In this document: positions 17,458 through 29,100 of the stretch, piece by piece | Position numbering within the stretch: the stretch's first letter is position 1 | How the letters are laid out: the number at the start of each line of letters is the position of its first letter | Virus record (IMG/VR): IMGVR_UViG_3300033498_000048 | Location: 32,001-96,000 of that record | DNA length: 64,000 nucleotides | Source of the DNA: a virus | Taxonomy: Duplodnaviria > Caudoviricetes | Reading direction: 5' to 3' (one strand) | Notes under the pieces: generated by a model | What the model was told of the DNA's origin: nothing | Databases searched by the model: none | What the model saw: the letters and a program-made list of their open reading frames with translations, nothing else | Made by a program: the position numbers and the translations under genes

Positions 17458-19329
17458 ATGGCAGACCAATATTACAATAATGTTCAATTTGCATTAAGTT
17501 TAAATGGAGACTTCTTAGATTGGAGTAAACATAACAGAAGTGTAACAATTGATTCTGGAATTATAATGTCAAATAGTGTTATTAAATATGGTTCATATTC
17601 AGCCTATTTTCCAGCTGCTGTTAGTAGAACTATGTTGATAGATTACATTGATTGGACACCAAATACCGATGATTATACTATAGAGTTTTGGATAAATGCA
17701 ATAAAAGCAAGTTCACCAGCAAATGTCTTTTTAATTGGACAATATAGAGATTCCAATAACTTTTGGAAACTATACCTAAATTCAATTAATAATGATGTAA
17801 TATTGACATCATCCTCTGGAACCACCATTACAGCATCAAATTCATTTTTAAACAATTGGAATACATGGAATCATGTTGTAATGGTTCGGTATAATTCAAT
17901 TACCTCAATTTACATTAATGGTGCTGTAGTATTAACTGGAAACTTTACTATACCTACAATCAATGAACCAATTTTAATTGGAGGTTTACAACATTCAGGG
18001 ACTAATGAGTTCTTTGTTGGATATTTAAGTGATATTAGATTCACTAAAGGGATAGCAAGATATACATCTAATTTTAATGTCCCAACACAATTATTAGAAC
18101 AATCATCATTAAAAACAGTTTTGATTCAAACTATAGATTCAATTAGTTGCATTAATCCACAATGTAACTTTGATGTTTATATTGTAGGCTCTGGTAAAGT
18201 TAAATCATTTGTTAGTAATAGTTATGGGAACATTGTAATTAAAGTTCCAGAGGATGTTGTTGTCGAATTAACTGCGTATGCTACTGGATATAAAAAAGCC
18301 AGATTAGAGTTTAAATCATGTCCTGATGTCGTTACATTGAACTTAAATAGAATAGTTAATTCAAATTCTGATACAATACAACAACTATTACCATTAATAT
18401 ATTTTTCATGTGAAAATGATTCCAATGGTATATTAGCCAATTCTGGAATTACATCTGGACAAATGTCATTATTGAATACCAATTATATTACAAAATTAAA
18501 TAGTTTGATTTATGGAATTTATTACCAATTATCAGATACAATTGAACTGAATCCGATTAATAATGGTTGGACTGGTTTAAATGGATTAACTGATAATACA
18601 ACAGGCTACCAAAATATCACAACGACTGGAGGTAGCTATTGTTTTTGGGTAAAACCTACCAAATCAATTGTAATTTATAACGAGTCAATAACTGGAAATT
18701 ATGCTGACAATTTAGACCAAAGATTTTTAATTACTCCAGAATACAGTATTAACAACGTGTTTTATGGAATATCAATAGGCATTAATGGCATTCAATTTTA
18801 TATGCGAAAGGGAACAACCTTTTCTCCAGTATTAACTTGGATTAACGATTTGTCTAATTGGAATCATATTGTATTAACGATTAATTCAAATGGAGTTCCA
18901 ACATTATATATGAATGGAATATTCATTAAATCGACAAATTATGTTCCAGTTGGTGATAGGTATCTGGGATTAAACATTGGAACAGATACCAGTGGAAATA
19001 GACATTCATTTGCTGGCTCATTTACTGATATGTGTTTATTCGGTTATGATGTTAGTATTCCAAACATTAATAGAATAATGAATAGTCAATTGAAATATAA
19101 AATACAGGGAAAGGTTGTAGATTCAAATGGTAATGTTAAACCAAGTATAATTAGAGCTTATTCACATGAATCTGGAGAGTTAATTGGTGAATGTACAACA
19201 GATATTGATGGGGATTATGTCTTGATAACAAGTTCAAATGTTGCTAGTTATGTTACCTGTTTGCAATTAGATTGTGATGATATTTCAAGTGAAGGAATGA
19301 TTTACACTAATGTCATTCCTTCGTTATAA
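17458..19329 (+). CDS. LamG/concanavalin-repeat virion protein (fibre / receptor-binding candidate)
   Basis: Two LamG-like repeats (YTIEFWI..WNHVVMVR..YING..SDIRFTKG); C-terminal KIQGKV..IRAY..G module. Confidence 0.8.
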   Translation: MADQYYNNVQFALSLNGDFLDWSKHNRSVTIDSGIIMSNSVIKYGSYSAYFPAAVSRTMLIDYIDWTPNTDDYTIEFWINAIKASSPANVFLIGQYRDSNNFWKLYLNSINNDVILTSSSGTTITASNSFLNNWNTWNHVVMVRYNSITSIYINGAVVLTGNFTIPTINEPILIGGLQHSGTNEFFVGYLSDIRFTKGIARYTSNFNVPTQLLEQSSLKTVLIQTIDSISCINPQCNFDVYIVGSGKVKSFVSNSYGNIVIKVPEDVVVELTAYATGYKKARLEFKSCPDVVTLNLNRIVNSNSDTIQQLLPLIYFSCENDSNGILANSGITSGQMSLLNTNYITKLNSLIYGIYYQLSDTIELNPINNGWTGLNGLTDNTTGYQNITTTGGSYCFWVKPTKSIVIYNESITGNYADNLDQRFLITPEYSINNVFYGISIGINGIQFYMRKGTTFSPVLTWINDLSNWNHIVLTINSNGVPTLYMNGIFIKSTNYVPVGDRYLGLNIGTDTSGNRHSFAGSFTDMCLFGYDVSIPNINRIMNSQLKYKIQGKVVDSNGNVKPSIIRAYSHESGELIGECTTDIDGDYVLITSSNVASYVTCLQLDCDDISSEGMIYTNVIPSL

Positions 19330-19461
19330 CCCTCAATTCAGTTTCTTTAAATTATATTCCATTGAGTGTAACAAACTTGTTTAATACCCAATGTCCAAAG
19401 AATATATACTCTTTAGGTAATTTTTCCCAATAACCGTTATTCCAATATTCAACATCAAATT

Positions 19462-19980
19462 TTACCATTTGTTATCACCTTGAACATAACCGATTGCATT
19501 AATAATTTCATCCCATGAAACTGCTCTGTTTATTCCCAAATCATAACCATAATCTTCTGTTTCATGGGTTGAAATTGAATAATGTATCACTCCATCCTCA
19601 GTGATTAACGCTGTCAATATTCCTGAGTCCTTTGATTTAAAAGTTATGTTGAAATAACCAGTGTCTGCATCAATAGAAATACAAGGGTCATACTTTGAAA
19701 TTGTTGGAACCAAATAAAGAAAGTTCTTTGCGGATGCGTTTGAAATTTCTTTGAAGTGTTTGATTTTCTTAAAAGCCTCATTATAATTGGCTATAACCAC
19801 ATCGAATCGTACAAGGGTATTTTCCCATTCCTCTGTACTATGTTCCCAAGTATATAACATAGCCTCTCGATGAAAATCAATATTTAATTGTGTGATATAT
19901 TCTATCCACTTTTGTTCTAATTCGGTACACTTTGTCACCACGATAACCTCGATGTGTGATATTTTATGGATGCCTGTCAA
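19462..19980 (-). CDS. Hypothetical protein sharing a C-terminal module with 36377-36706
   Basis: ETEDYGYDLGINRAVSWDEIINAIG. Confidence 0.7.
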   Translation of the reverse strand: MTGIHKISHIEVIVVTKCTELEQKWIEYITQLNIDFHREAMLYTWEHSTEEWENTLVRFDVVIANYNEAFKKIKHFKEISNASAKNFLYLVPTISKYDPCISIDADTGYFNITFKSKDSGILTALITEDGVIHYSISTHETEDYGYDLGINRAVSWDEIINAIGYVQGDNKW

Positions 19981-21059
19981 TTAACAACGATTACAATTTC
20001 ATCAAATTCACCTAATGATGGTAATTGCATTTTCCAATATTGTGAATTAATAACTTCTACTGGAACATTCTTATCATGTCGAGTTGATTGTCTATCAACA
20101 TTGCTTTTGAATGCTGTTAGGAATACAACTCCAATAGTGTGATATTTTCTATTTTTCAACTCATTTAAATGATATTGGCGTGTGTTTTTAATGGTGTTGG
20201 TGTTATCAACAATCATATCGGAATTTAGTCTTGCAATACTTAATAATCGTTCTTTACACTTTGCTTTAAAATGCGAGTCTTTTGTGGATTTGTAAAAGCT
20301 AGTTGCATAATCATTTCCATACAACTCGATTCTCAAGTCGTCCATTGAAAATGTTGGTAAATTGCCTAATTGATTTCTAAATGTTGTTTTTCCAGAACCA
20401 GAAGCTCCAATCATAAAATAAGCCTTTGGAAACTTATTATTTCTAGGGCTATTAAAATAATCCAATTTGGCTAAATATTGCGATTTAAAATTAGCACACC
20501 ATTCCTCGGCTTTTTTATTATTTTGTGTATAATCATCACTAATCCTACCATAATTATCTGATAACAAAATATCTAAAAACACATCAACATTACCTATGAA
20601 TTTAGATATAGTCCAACACATATCACTAATACTGTTTTTGTTTGTAATGTTCCAAGGTTTATGTTGTTCAATTAGCCAAGCTATTACAAACAATAATTCA
20701 TTAGTAAATAATGGCTTTAATTGTGGACTTGCTAATATGAAATCAATGAATATTCTTGATGATTGCAATTCATGTCCAGTAAATGCAAAATACGTTCCAC
20801 GTTCAATTGAATATTTTTCAATTTTAGATTTTGGTTTTCCAACATCGTGAAATAATAATACTACCGAAACAATAAAGTCATTAATATTCCAATTATTAGA
20901 ACATAGTATCGAATATTCTTCCAGTGCCATTTTAGTATGAATGGCAACATTAGACTCACGATGGAATGGAGATTGTTCAACACAATTTTCCATATCATTC
21001 CACAATTTTGATACAACTAATGATTGTTGTATTGTATCAAACATTTCTTTATAATTCAT
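19977..21059 (-). CDS. HD-domain + P-loop (AAA_33/polynucleotide kinase-like) fusion
   Basis: HRESNVAIHT and LLFHDVGKP; MIGASGSGKTT, VDNTN; real start taken as MNYKEMF (21059, GGGA RBS). Confidence 0.8.
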   Translation of the reverse strand: MNYKEMFDTIQQSLVVSKLWNDMENCVEQSPFHRESNVAIHTKMALEEYSILCSNNWNINDFIVSVVLLFHDVGKPKSKIEKYSIERGTYFAFTGHELQSSRIFIDFILASPQLKPLFTNELLFVIAWLIEQHKPWNITNKNSISDMCWTISKFIGNVDVFLDILLSDNYGRISDDYTQNNKKAEEWCANFKSQYLAKLDYFNSPRNNKFPKAYFMIGASGSGKTTFRNQLGNLPTFSMDDLRIELYGNDYATSFYKSTKDSHFKAKCKERLLSIARLNSDMIVDNTNTIKNTRQYHLNELKNRKYHTIGVVFLTAFKSNVDRQSTRHDKNVPVEVINSQYWKMQLPSLGEFDEIVIVVN

Positions 21060-21060
21060 A

Positions 21061-21288
21061 TTAATCCCATTTAAAATCATCACATGGTTTATGGTACTCT
21101 CCGATATATTCACAACATCCAAAATAGAATTGCCTACAGTTTTTACAACAGATTGTAGTTTGTATTGTTCGTTTTGCATATTCTTCATTGTGATTTGCCA
21201 TATTTGCAAATGTAGTACCAGTCCTAACAGTAGAATGTATTTGCCTAGTAAATTCGTGTATGTTTTTCTTATCTGTCTTTCTTGCCAT
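21061..21288 (-). CDS. Cys-rich hypothetical protein
   Basis: CCKNCRQF..C...KPCDDF; fills the gap between 21288 and the HD gene start. Confidence 0.6.
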   Translation of the reverse strand: MARKTDKKNIHEFTRQIHSTVRTGTTFANMANHNEEYAKRTIQTTICCKNCRQFYFGCCEYIGEYHKPCDDFKWD

Positions 21289-21560
21289 TATCTTCTTCCC
21301 AGTGTCAATTTAAATGATTTTCTACCATCGGTAATTTCATTAAACTTGTAGATTATATTGGAATCAGAAACAAGTGTTTTAAAATATTCCATAAAAATAC
21401 GATGTGGTGAATTTCTCAAATATCGTGTACCTTGAATTATATCACCATTTTTCATAAACAACACAAAGTCTTTATCTCCTTTAAATATTCTAATGGATTC
21501 AACATCACACAAATTAACTTGGTCAACATTATCTGTTGTGTCGTTTGTGAATTGAAACAT
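21288..21560 (-). CDS. Hypothetical protein
   Basis: 90 aa, GGAG RBS, promoter 21588-21616. Confidence 0.7.
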   Translation of the reverse strand: MFQFTNDTTDNVDQVNLCDVESIRIFKGDKDFVLFMKNGDIIQGTRYLRNSPHRIFMEYFKTLVSDSNIIYKFNEITDGRKSFKLTLGRR

Positions 21561-21587
21561 TTACTATCTCCAATGGATTAAAAGCAT

Positions 21588-21616
21588 ATTATACAACAAA
21601 CAGGAGGTTAAATCAA
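21588..21616 (-). promoter_or_regulatory. sigma70-type early promoter
   Basis: TTGATT-17-TATAAT. Confidence 0.6.
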
Positions 21617-21939
21617 ACAATAGAAACATCGTCATCTTCTATTACATAGTTAATTCGTTTGACTTTTGGTTTTACTGTTCCCAACTCGATTATCGAACAC
21701 CCATAAGGTCTTGTTTGCTTCGATGGTACAACTGATAGGTCTACAGTAGCATCTAATATTTTTCCAATTGCTTGTCGCGGACTATTAGCTTCAACCATAT
21801 GTTCATTCAAAAAACGTTCTGATTCACCATCTGCGAGGTCATCACCAACCGTTTCATCAAACATTATCAAGTACCAAGCCATACTATTTCTCCAATTGAT
21901 TAAAAACATATTATACATTAAACCGAATTTTAAAGTCAA
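21613..21939 (-). CDS. Hypothetical protein
   Basis: Probable start MAWYLI after a GGAG RBS. Confidence 0.6.
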   Translation of the reverse strand: MTLKFGLMYNMFLINWRNSMAWYLIMFDETVGDDLADGESERFLNEHMVEANSPRQAIGKILDATVDLSVVPSKQTRPYGCSIIELGTVKPKVKRINYVIEDDDVSIV

Positions 21940-21949
21940 CCTATTTCAA

Positions 21950-22291
21950 TCAATCCCTAGTAGTTTCAACCCGTATTGAATCTAATAACTCGACTGGAAC
22001 CAATTGCTCAATAATATCACCGATTGCTGAATCATCAAATGTTGCTCCAGTATAAATAGTCAATATTAATTTCGTGTCTAATTCTATTGTGATGTGCCAA
22101 ATATCATATCCATATAATAGAACATTGTCATAAAAACATAATAAAAAATCATGCAATTTGTGTAATTCTATATAATGCAGTATTTCTGTGGTATCTCCAA
22201 AATAATCATATTTTAATGGAAGTTTTGGGTCATAATCGGTATTCATAAAATTGTAATTCCTTGTTAAAAGTGTTATAGTAGTGTAACACAT
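21950..22291 (-). CDS. Hypothetical protein
   Basis: Probable start MNTDYD after an AGGA RBS. Confidence 0.6.
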   Translation of the reverse strand: MCYTTITLLTRNYNFMNTDYDPKLPLKYDYFGDTTEILHYIELHKLHDFLLCFYDNVLLYGYDIWHITIELDTKLILTIYTGATFDDSAIGDIIEQLVPVELLDSIRVETTRD

Positions 22292-22314
22292 TTTATTTAT
22301 TAAAAGCCATTAAT

Positions 22315-22479
22315 ATGTTATCTTTTAAACAATACTTAGCCGAATCAAAAAAGTCTGGTAATCGCATTCAGCACTTTCAAATTAACACTCGTGGAAAAGA
22401 TTTTGTGGTTGGAGACATACATGGAGCATTTAATCACTTATTAACCGAGTGCTATTTTACAATTATACAAATCAATTAA
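22315..22479 (+). pseudogene. Truncated PPP-family Ser/Thr phosphatase remnant (54 aa) with capsid-targeting-like leader
   Basis: Manual translation MLSFKQYLAESKKSGNRIQHFQINTRGKDFVVGDIHGAFNHLLTECYFTIIQIN*; GDxHG motif I only. Confidence 0.7.
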
Positions 22480-22646
22480 AATAGACCTGGAGGTACAAAT
22501 ATACGCAATTTTTTATTACCAAATGAACTTTGATACTTAGATTTAAGATGTGGTACACGTCCACCTCTTGCGACCTCCTCTAAGCATTTAGTGTAGTTAG
22601 CATGAATCCTACTTTTGTGTTCAATTTTCGGTTTAACAGTTACCAT
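22476..22646 (-). CDS. Small hypothetical protein (56 aa)
   Basis: MVTVKPKIEHKSRIHANYTKCLEEVARGG...; below track cutoff. Confidence 0.45.
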   Translation of the reverse strand: MVTVKPKIEHKSRIHANYTKCLEEVARGGRVPHLKSKYQSSFGNKKLRIFVPPGLF

Positions 22647-22678
22647 CTCGACACCCCATTAGATAACTTATGGAACAT

Positions 22679-23398
22679 TTAATTCACTCGATTCCATAAG
22701 TAAATTTCAGCATTTTTAAAAGAATTGTCTTTGTGTGGAGTCCAATCAACACTTGAAAAATCTTTGGTTGGATTGTCAGCTATGATTCGTTCAAATTCTA
22801 ATTCCCCAGCAACACGATTAGCGTAACTAACGGCATTATCTATAGTAAAATCAATTCCAAATTTTTTGCCCCTTTGTACTAAGTATGCAATAGCTTCACC
22901 AACAAGAACATCATTGTTATCTGATTCATTCTCTTTGATATGATATAAATCAATAGCCCGTTTAGCACATTCGACATACTTACGGACTTTCCCAGTTCCA
23001 ATAAAATCATACTGAATCCATTTAGTGTAATCTGGACTAGGTAAACTGACGTGTTTATCAAGGTATTCTGATAATTTAGTATTATCCAATGATTTTAAAA
23101 CACTAATAGCTTCACCAACAACATTTGTATTGTGTTCTTGAATTGCTGCGTTATAATTTACAACACACTCAATTTCTTTTTCAATTTCAATGATTTGGTC
23201 GTCAGTGATACTAGCTAAATTGAAGACTTCGTAATATTCAGCATCGCTAGTTATACCCCAATCACAAAGGTCTGGAAACTGAATGTGGCACAAATCACGG
23301 TCATTTGATAAATAGAATCCACGAATAACCCATAGAATTGATGGGTGATTAAAAACTAAAAACTTTTGTACTTGTTTCATAAAAATATACTCCTTCAA
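22679..23398 (-). CDS. Hypothetical protein; paralog of 30413-31132
   Basis: Both 239 aa; IRG(F/Y)YLSN, ITDDQI, G.VR.YV.CAK, AI.YL...GK..G.DF. Confidence 0.8.
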   Translation of the reverse strand: MKEYIFMKQVQKFLVFNHPSILWVIRGFYLSNDRDLCHIQFPDLCDWGITSDAEYYEVFNLASITDDQIIEIEKEIECVVNYNAAIQEHNTNVVGEAISVLKSLDNTKLSEYLDKHVSLPSPDYTKWIQYDFIGTGKVRKYVECAKRAIDLYHIKENESDNNDVLVGEAIAYLVQRGKKFGIDFTIDNAVSYANRVAGELEFERIIADNPTKDFSSVDWTPHKDNSFKNAEIYLWNRVN

Positions 23399-23694
23399 TC
23401 TAGTGGAACATTCAATCCAACTGATACAACTTCACAAGTATGAATGAACACATCTTCTTGTATGGTAGTTGGCTGTTTACACATCTTTAACATTTCAAAG
23501 TAAAACCAGTTCGAGATTGGTAAATGTCCACTTTGAAAGAATGGACCCAACAAGCGATTAACCGTTACATCGTTGATGAAATGTTTGTAACACAATTGTT
23601 TGAAAAGGTTATTTAACTCCGTATCATCTGATTGAAAACACAATCCATATCCGTGGACTTCATCTGGATAATGTATATACAATTTTGTTATCAT
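23395..23694 (-). CDS. Hypothetical protein
   Basis: 99 aa, operonic overlap. Confidence 0.65.
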   Translation of the reverse strand: MITKLYIHYPDEVHGYGLCFQSDDTELNNLFKQLCYKHFINDVTVNRLLGPFFQSGHLPISNWFYFEMLKMCKQPTTIQEDVFIHTCEVVSVGLNVPLD

Positions 23695-23696
23695 TT

Positions 23697-24306
23697 TCAG
23701 TCCATAATAGTAATAGGTTGACCTTCTTTTCTAATGAGTTCCTTTTTATCAGATACAATATTATTGAAAATCTTATTTGTTTTAACTGTTAAATTGATAG
23801 AAATATAATCTAATGTATCGTGTAACAAATTAATAACCCTTAATACACTATTAACTTCATAATCGAAACATTGAATATCAACCCCACCTCCAATTACCCA
23901 TGTTTCAACTACTCCAATTTTTCTTAAGACACTTCTTAAATTTTCAGCAGCTAAGTACGAATTGTTGATATTTGTATTCTTAAACTCAACAGGAATAAAT
24001 TTTCTTGGAATCCTATATCCTAATTCAACTAACTGTTTGTGTTCTAAATGTCTCAACTTATTAACTAAGAAATTATAACATTCAGTATCATAATCATATG
24101 GTTCATTGTATTGAAGAAGTTAAAGTTCTAACCACACAAATCTTATCAACTAAACTAGATAAAATTTGTATTAAAGCAACTTTATCTTCTTCCACTGAAC
24201 CATATCTGTAATAAAACCTTTTATATACAGATATTAACCTTTTCTTATTCTGAGTTTTACAAGCTCTAATTAATAGCTGCTCGATATTAGTTAATTTTGT
24301 TGTCAT
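23697..24306 (-). pseudogene. Probable single gene split by a frameshift near 24105-24120
   Basis: ORF 24103-24306 ends where the frame of ORF 23697-24056 opens (LLQYNEPYDYDTECYNFLVNKLRHLEH...); the downstream ORF lacks a clear RBS. Confidence 0.55.
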
Positions 24307-24541
24307 GTTTGTTACTTACCAAATTTGATTTAAAATCCTTAAAAGTTGCCAGTTTTACAGCATCGTTCCAATTGGAACCTGTATTGTCCGTCCGTATTTC
24401 AGTTACTTTGTAGATATGACCGTTCACATTAATACAATCAAAACATAGTTTGGTTCTCAATGTGATAATATCAAATTCATCAGTTTTTTAGAAAACCAAC
24501 ATACAACTGGTCTATCGAACCATCTTCTCATTTAACACCTA

Positions 24542-24991
24542 TTAAAATTCTGTTCCGTTTGAACTAATGTAATCAGCTTTTACGTCATTAACACTTTTTG
24601 CGTATATTGAATGTCGCCACTCGCTTCTGATTTTTTCAATTGATTTTGGTGTTGGTAATCTACCTACCAACACATACACACATCTAAATGTATGGTGGTA
24701 ATTCTTTTGGACTTCAGCATTTTCACCATGAGTAAGATGACCACTATATTCTTTCCACTTTAATGCCGTAGATTCAGAACTAAACGTTTTAATGATTGTG
24801 CGTTTATCACGCATATCTGTTGATTGTTCTATGCCATAAATTGCCATTTTTACTCCTAGAGAAATTGTGTAATCAAGTGTTACAGTGTTAATAATTATAT
24901 GAACCAAAATGCTAATGGAATATATACGAATCAAGCCATCGTAGTATCTCCAAAATATTGTTTCTAAGCTATGGAACATATTGTAACACAT
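24542..24991 (-). CDS. Hypothetical protein
   Basis: Probable start MAIYGIEQ after an AGGAG RBS. Confidence 0.65.
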   Translation of the reverse strand: MCYNMFHSLETIFWRYYDGLIRIYSISILVHIIINTVTLDYTISLGVKMAIYGIEQSTDMRDKRTIIKTFSSESTALKWKEYSGHLTHGENAEVQKNYHHTFRCVYVLVGRLPTPKSIEKIRSEWRHSIYAKSVNDVKADYISSNGTEF

Positions 24992-25010
24992 CTAAAAACA
25001 AAATGTACAA
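24980..25010 (-). promoter_or_regulatory. Extended -10 early promoter
   Basis: TTGTACATTTTGTTTTTAGATGTGT-TACAAT. Confidence 0.55.
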
Positions 25011-25027
25011 CTTTTTTTAAAATGACG

Positions 25028-25285
25028 TATCAATGAGTTAGCATTTGGAGCTATTAGGTAATTAGTAAACAGTTCCAAGTGCTAACTCATTGATAGTGTT
25101 ATCATTCATTGTCAATTATTAAGAATCAATGACTTAGCACTTACTGCGTGTTACTAATTACCTAATAGCCCCAAGTGCTAACCTGTTGATTTTATTATAA
25201 TATAATTTATGTTTGTAAACCAATGAGTTAGCACTTCGGCAGTGTTATGTTATTAATACCTATTATAAGTGCTAACCTATTGATA
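25028..25285. repeat. Array of three palindromic elements
   Basis: 25028-25095, 25124-25191, 25218-25285; all 30-nt cores. Confidence 0.95.
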
Positions 25286-25295
25286 ATGTTAGTTA

Positions 25296-25997
25296 TCAGA
25301 GTGTAATATGTTTCACCAAAGAAATTCTATATTTTTTTATAACATTGTCTAAAAATTGTAAAAAGGGTTTATCTAATTCACTGTTGGGGTCTGCTATCAC
25401 AACAACAGCATCTGGATTAACATCTCCCAATAATTTGGAAATGGTAGCCCACCAACCTTTATATTCTGATACTACTCGTTTTGCTTTAAAGATGTTGGTT
25501 CCGATATTGTTAGTTGCCACCAACACATCACGGTGTTTGTAATACAAGTCTTCAAAGTGGAAAAAACCATGATAATCTTGTTTCCTAGAACACACGAGTG
25601 AAAACTTAACAAATGGAGCTTTATTTTGTACCAATTTTATAATTTTGTTTTCATAATCATCTTTAAACTCTAACCTAGGTGGAAATAGTATAACAACATT
25701 AAACGCATTTTGCATTTTCTTTTCGAGTTCGGCATTGTCTTTTAATGTAGCCAACCTATCATTTTCAATTTGTTTCAGTTCCAAATTACGCTTATCGGTT
25801 TCTTGTTTAAGTTTTAGTATTCTAACTGGGTCTATTGAATTTAACTTGTTTTGGACATCTGCTATCTCAGAATCAAGTTTTGAAATGTATTCCCTATCAA
25901 GGGTATCTGCATATTGTTCAATGCTTTTGGTACGATTTAATGAATCCAGTTTTAATTCAAGTGAATGTATATCTCGTTGGAGTGATGTAAAACCCAT
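25296..25997 (-). CDS. Hypothetical protein with N-terminal coiled coil
   Basis: 233 aa, AGGA RBS, promoter 26030-26058. Confidence 0.75.
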   Translation of the reverse strand: MGFTSLQRDIHSLELKLDSLNRTKSIEQYADTLDREYISKLDSEIADVQNKLNSIDPVRILKLKQETDKRNLELKQIENDRLATLKDNAELEKKMQNAFNVVILFPPRLEFKDDYENKIIKLVQNKAPFVKFSLVCSRKQDYHGFFHFEDLYYKHRDVLVATNNIGTNIFKAKRVVSEYKGWWATISKLLGDVNPDAVVVIADPNSELDKPFLQFLDNVIKKYRISLVKHITL

Positions 25998-26029
25998 TTT
26001 AGTATTCCTGTAGTTATATTGTTATTGTA

Positions 26030-26058
26030 ATTGTATTTAACATAAACCGTGAAGTCAA
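26030..26058 (-). promoter_or_regulatory. sigma70-type early promoter, back-to-back with a late promoter
   Basis: TTGACT-17-TACAAT. Confidence 0.65.
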
Positions 26059-26062
26059 TAGG

Positions 26063-26070
26063 CATAAATA
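26063..26070 (+). promoter_or_regulatory. Late promoter variant CATAAATA
   Basis: 30 nt upstream of ATG 26101. Confidence 0.55.
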
Positions 26071-26100
26071 ATTCAATTAAACTTATTTTAAGGATATACT

Positions 26101-29100
26101 ATGCTACATGAAAATAGCTTATATGTTGACAACATTGCATCTAGGAAAGAAATTTTAAAAAATAAAACTAAAGTGATGGACACATTGATGTTTAATTACT
26201 TCGGGTTTATAGCATTACTTGCCACAAAGCCATCAGACTCAGGTATATTAAAAACATATAAGAATAAAGATAAGTCCGTTAGTTTGGACAAAATAGATTA
26301 TTCAAATAGCGACATTTGCATATCAATACTTTTAGCTATTGATTCTGGTATTATTGATGATTCCATTGCTGAAAAGATGTTGACATTGTTTTCAAAGCTG
26401 CGAAATGGAATCATCAATGCTGATAACTTTGATAATAATAGTTTAATAAACTTGTTAATAAAAACCAAGTATCAAGTTAATAAACCATCATCCGCAATAT
26501 TATCAATTGTGGATTCATATACTGGAAATGGTGATATTAATCAATTTGTATTAGACTTGGTTGAAGCAGCAAATAATTCCAAATATAAAGACTTAACGTC
26601 TGAATTTAGAGCTGTCACTAAACTTGTGTTTAAATATGACACACTACCAGATGATGTTTCAATGCCAACTAAAGCAATTGTTGCAAAGGGAACAATTGCT
26701 CGCGCCCAACAATTAGCAAGGGCGGAAGCAGGTGCTGAAAAGTATGAACAAGATACATTTAATAATAGTTTGAAAACTGCTTGGACAGAGGTTAAAGCAA
26801 ATAGTCCAGCTCAATTTGAAATATTCTACAAACTATCCAGCGTTAAAGAAATGGAAGAGTTTGTAACCACACATCCAATATTTGATATTGATAAGTTTGT
26901 GGTGTGGTTAAATGTTACTTACATTAAAAACCAATTTCCAGCTGAAAATACAAATGTTTTATATGATTATCTATTTGGATTATTCAAAACAGAAAGAAAA
27001 ACACATTTTGATGTTATTGGAAAACTATTAGTGGATAAAATATCTTATTATTCCCAATCAATGTCAGTTGATGATATAGTAAAAACATTCGGTGTATTTA
27101 AGCCATCTAATAATATATTGGATTCATCTATAACAAGTGCAATGGAATCAGTTGCAGATTTAGTTCTTGACCATTTAGTTCACAAGTATGAAACTATAAC
27201 TCCAGCCAACTTTAAAGAACTTAAAGATTATACTACAAATTGTATTCGTTTGTTGTCTAATTATGGAACATCCGTACATAGACGATTAGGTGATGTGATA
27301 GCCCAATTATTAAAATCTATGGGTACTAATCAGTCCAAGTCTAATGATAGTGCTAGGGCATTTTGTTCATTATATTCTACTGGTGTGATTTATATTGATG
27401 TCCAATCTAGTAAATACACAAGATATTTAATTGAATTTCTAAATAATTATTTTGAATACGATGTGTTACAATCACAGAAAAAGTTTAATGTGAGTATATA
27501 CGATAGCTTATATCAATTGATGTCACAAGACCAACGGGATTTAATCGACATTCTGAGAATGTCCATTTCATATAAAGTTGAGTTAGTTGTTGTTCCTGAA
27601 TATGTGAGGTTAAAGGATTTATTCGATGGGGTTATTGCTAATGAATCTACACTTGATAGCTTAGTAAAGAATTTAGCATCTTATAGGTTGAACGATAATG
27701 ATTATGCTAAGTTTGTTGAGAATAGTAGAAGATACATTGTGACTGGATATGATAAATTCATGGACATATACCCAACATTAATCAATTCTAATAACAATAA
27801 TCCAAATACAATTGGAATGGTTGTTAGATTGTACAAAGATTTATTCACATCACTAAAAGATAATCCAATACCAAGTACAACTAAATCAAAACGTGTTATA
27901 ACAGATATAATTGAGCGTATGGCGAATTTGTGTGAACATGAAAAAGATTACACCATATTAAATACAATATTTGATTCAGTAAACATATCTGATTTATATT
28001 CAATAGCTAGTTTATTGTCCGATGATACTAAGTACATATTTTATACATGGATTAATAATAAGGCAAATGTTGATATTGATTTCCAATCATCTATTGTTAA
28101 TGGAACACCAGATACTTTAAGTGGATTTGTAGATTCAATTATATACAACCCACAAAATACTTTTTTGATAGAATCATTAGATGTAGCAGTTAAGTTTGTC
28201 ACTATGTTTTTATCTGATAATCCGTACACATCTGATGGAATGTCTGAAATTCCAGACTATATGATTAGGTTATACAATAAACACCCAACATTAAGAGATG
28301 TAATATTAAATAAAATTCTTACAGATTCAACATACAAGTTACTTGAAGCTGCTATCAATATGTATAAAGAAAGTGTGTTTTCGTTATTGTTAAATGCTAA
28401 TGGAAAATTGATTCCAGATGATAAAACAACTAATTATATTGTGTCTTATATTAGAGCTAATATTTCAAACATACCAAGCCTTGAATATTTTAAGGGTTCA
28501 GATTATATATTAAATGTGATTAGTAATGAAATAAAATCACAAGTTATCACTAAAGTACAATTAGCTCCAGAAGAATCACTTGCATTACTATCAAGTCAAG
28601 CGTGTGATGTTGATTTATTAAATGATATACTCACAGACACTGATATTGTAAAATCTTACAAAGAATATATCACGACATCACCTGAAATATTTTCTACCAA
28701 TATGCACAAAATATTCAATAAAGTAATAACACATCCACATAATGTTAATATGAATACTGCGAATAACTTATTGAATGTGATTAAACATTTTGAATCAAAC
28801 AAATCACTATTGAAATCATCAGAAAGGAACTCACTTGTAAACTTATATTTTGAAATTGTGATTAACATATATTTAAAACAACCTGAGTCTGCTGATATTA
28901 TTTTTGATAAAGTTGGAACTAAAATGCAACAAAGTATGTTAGAGTACGTTGAACAATTTGCATTTGTAGAGTCAGCAATGAAGTCAATTACATCGGATTC
29001 TAATCCTATAAAACCTATGATTAAACTCGATAGAGATAAAATATGTAGTGTATTAGCTATTAACAGAATTAAACTTCCAGAAAACACCAAAGTTGAATAT

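Noticed and set aside
21060-21209. N-terminal extension of the HD-kinase ORF to 21209
   Set aside because: Overlaps the Cys-rich ORF 21061-21288; an RBS supports the start at 21059.
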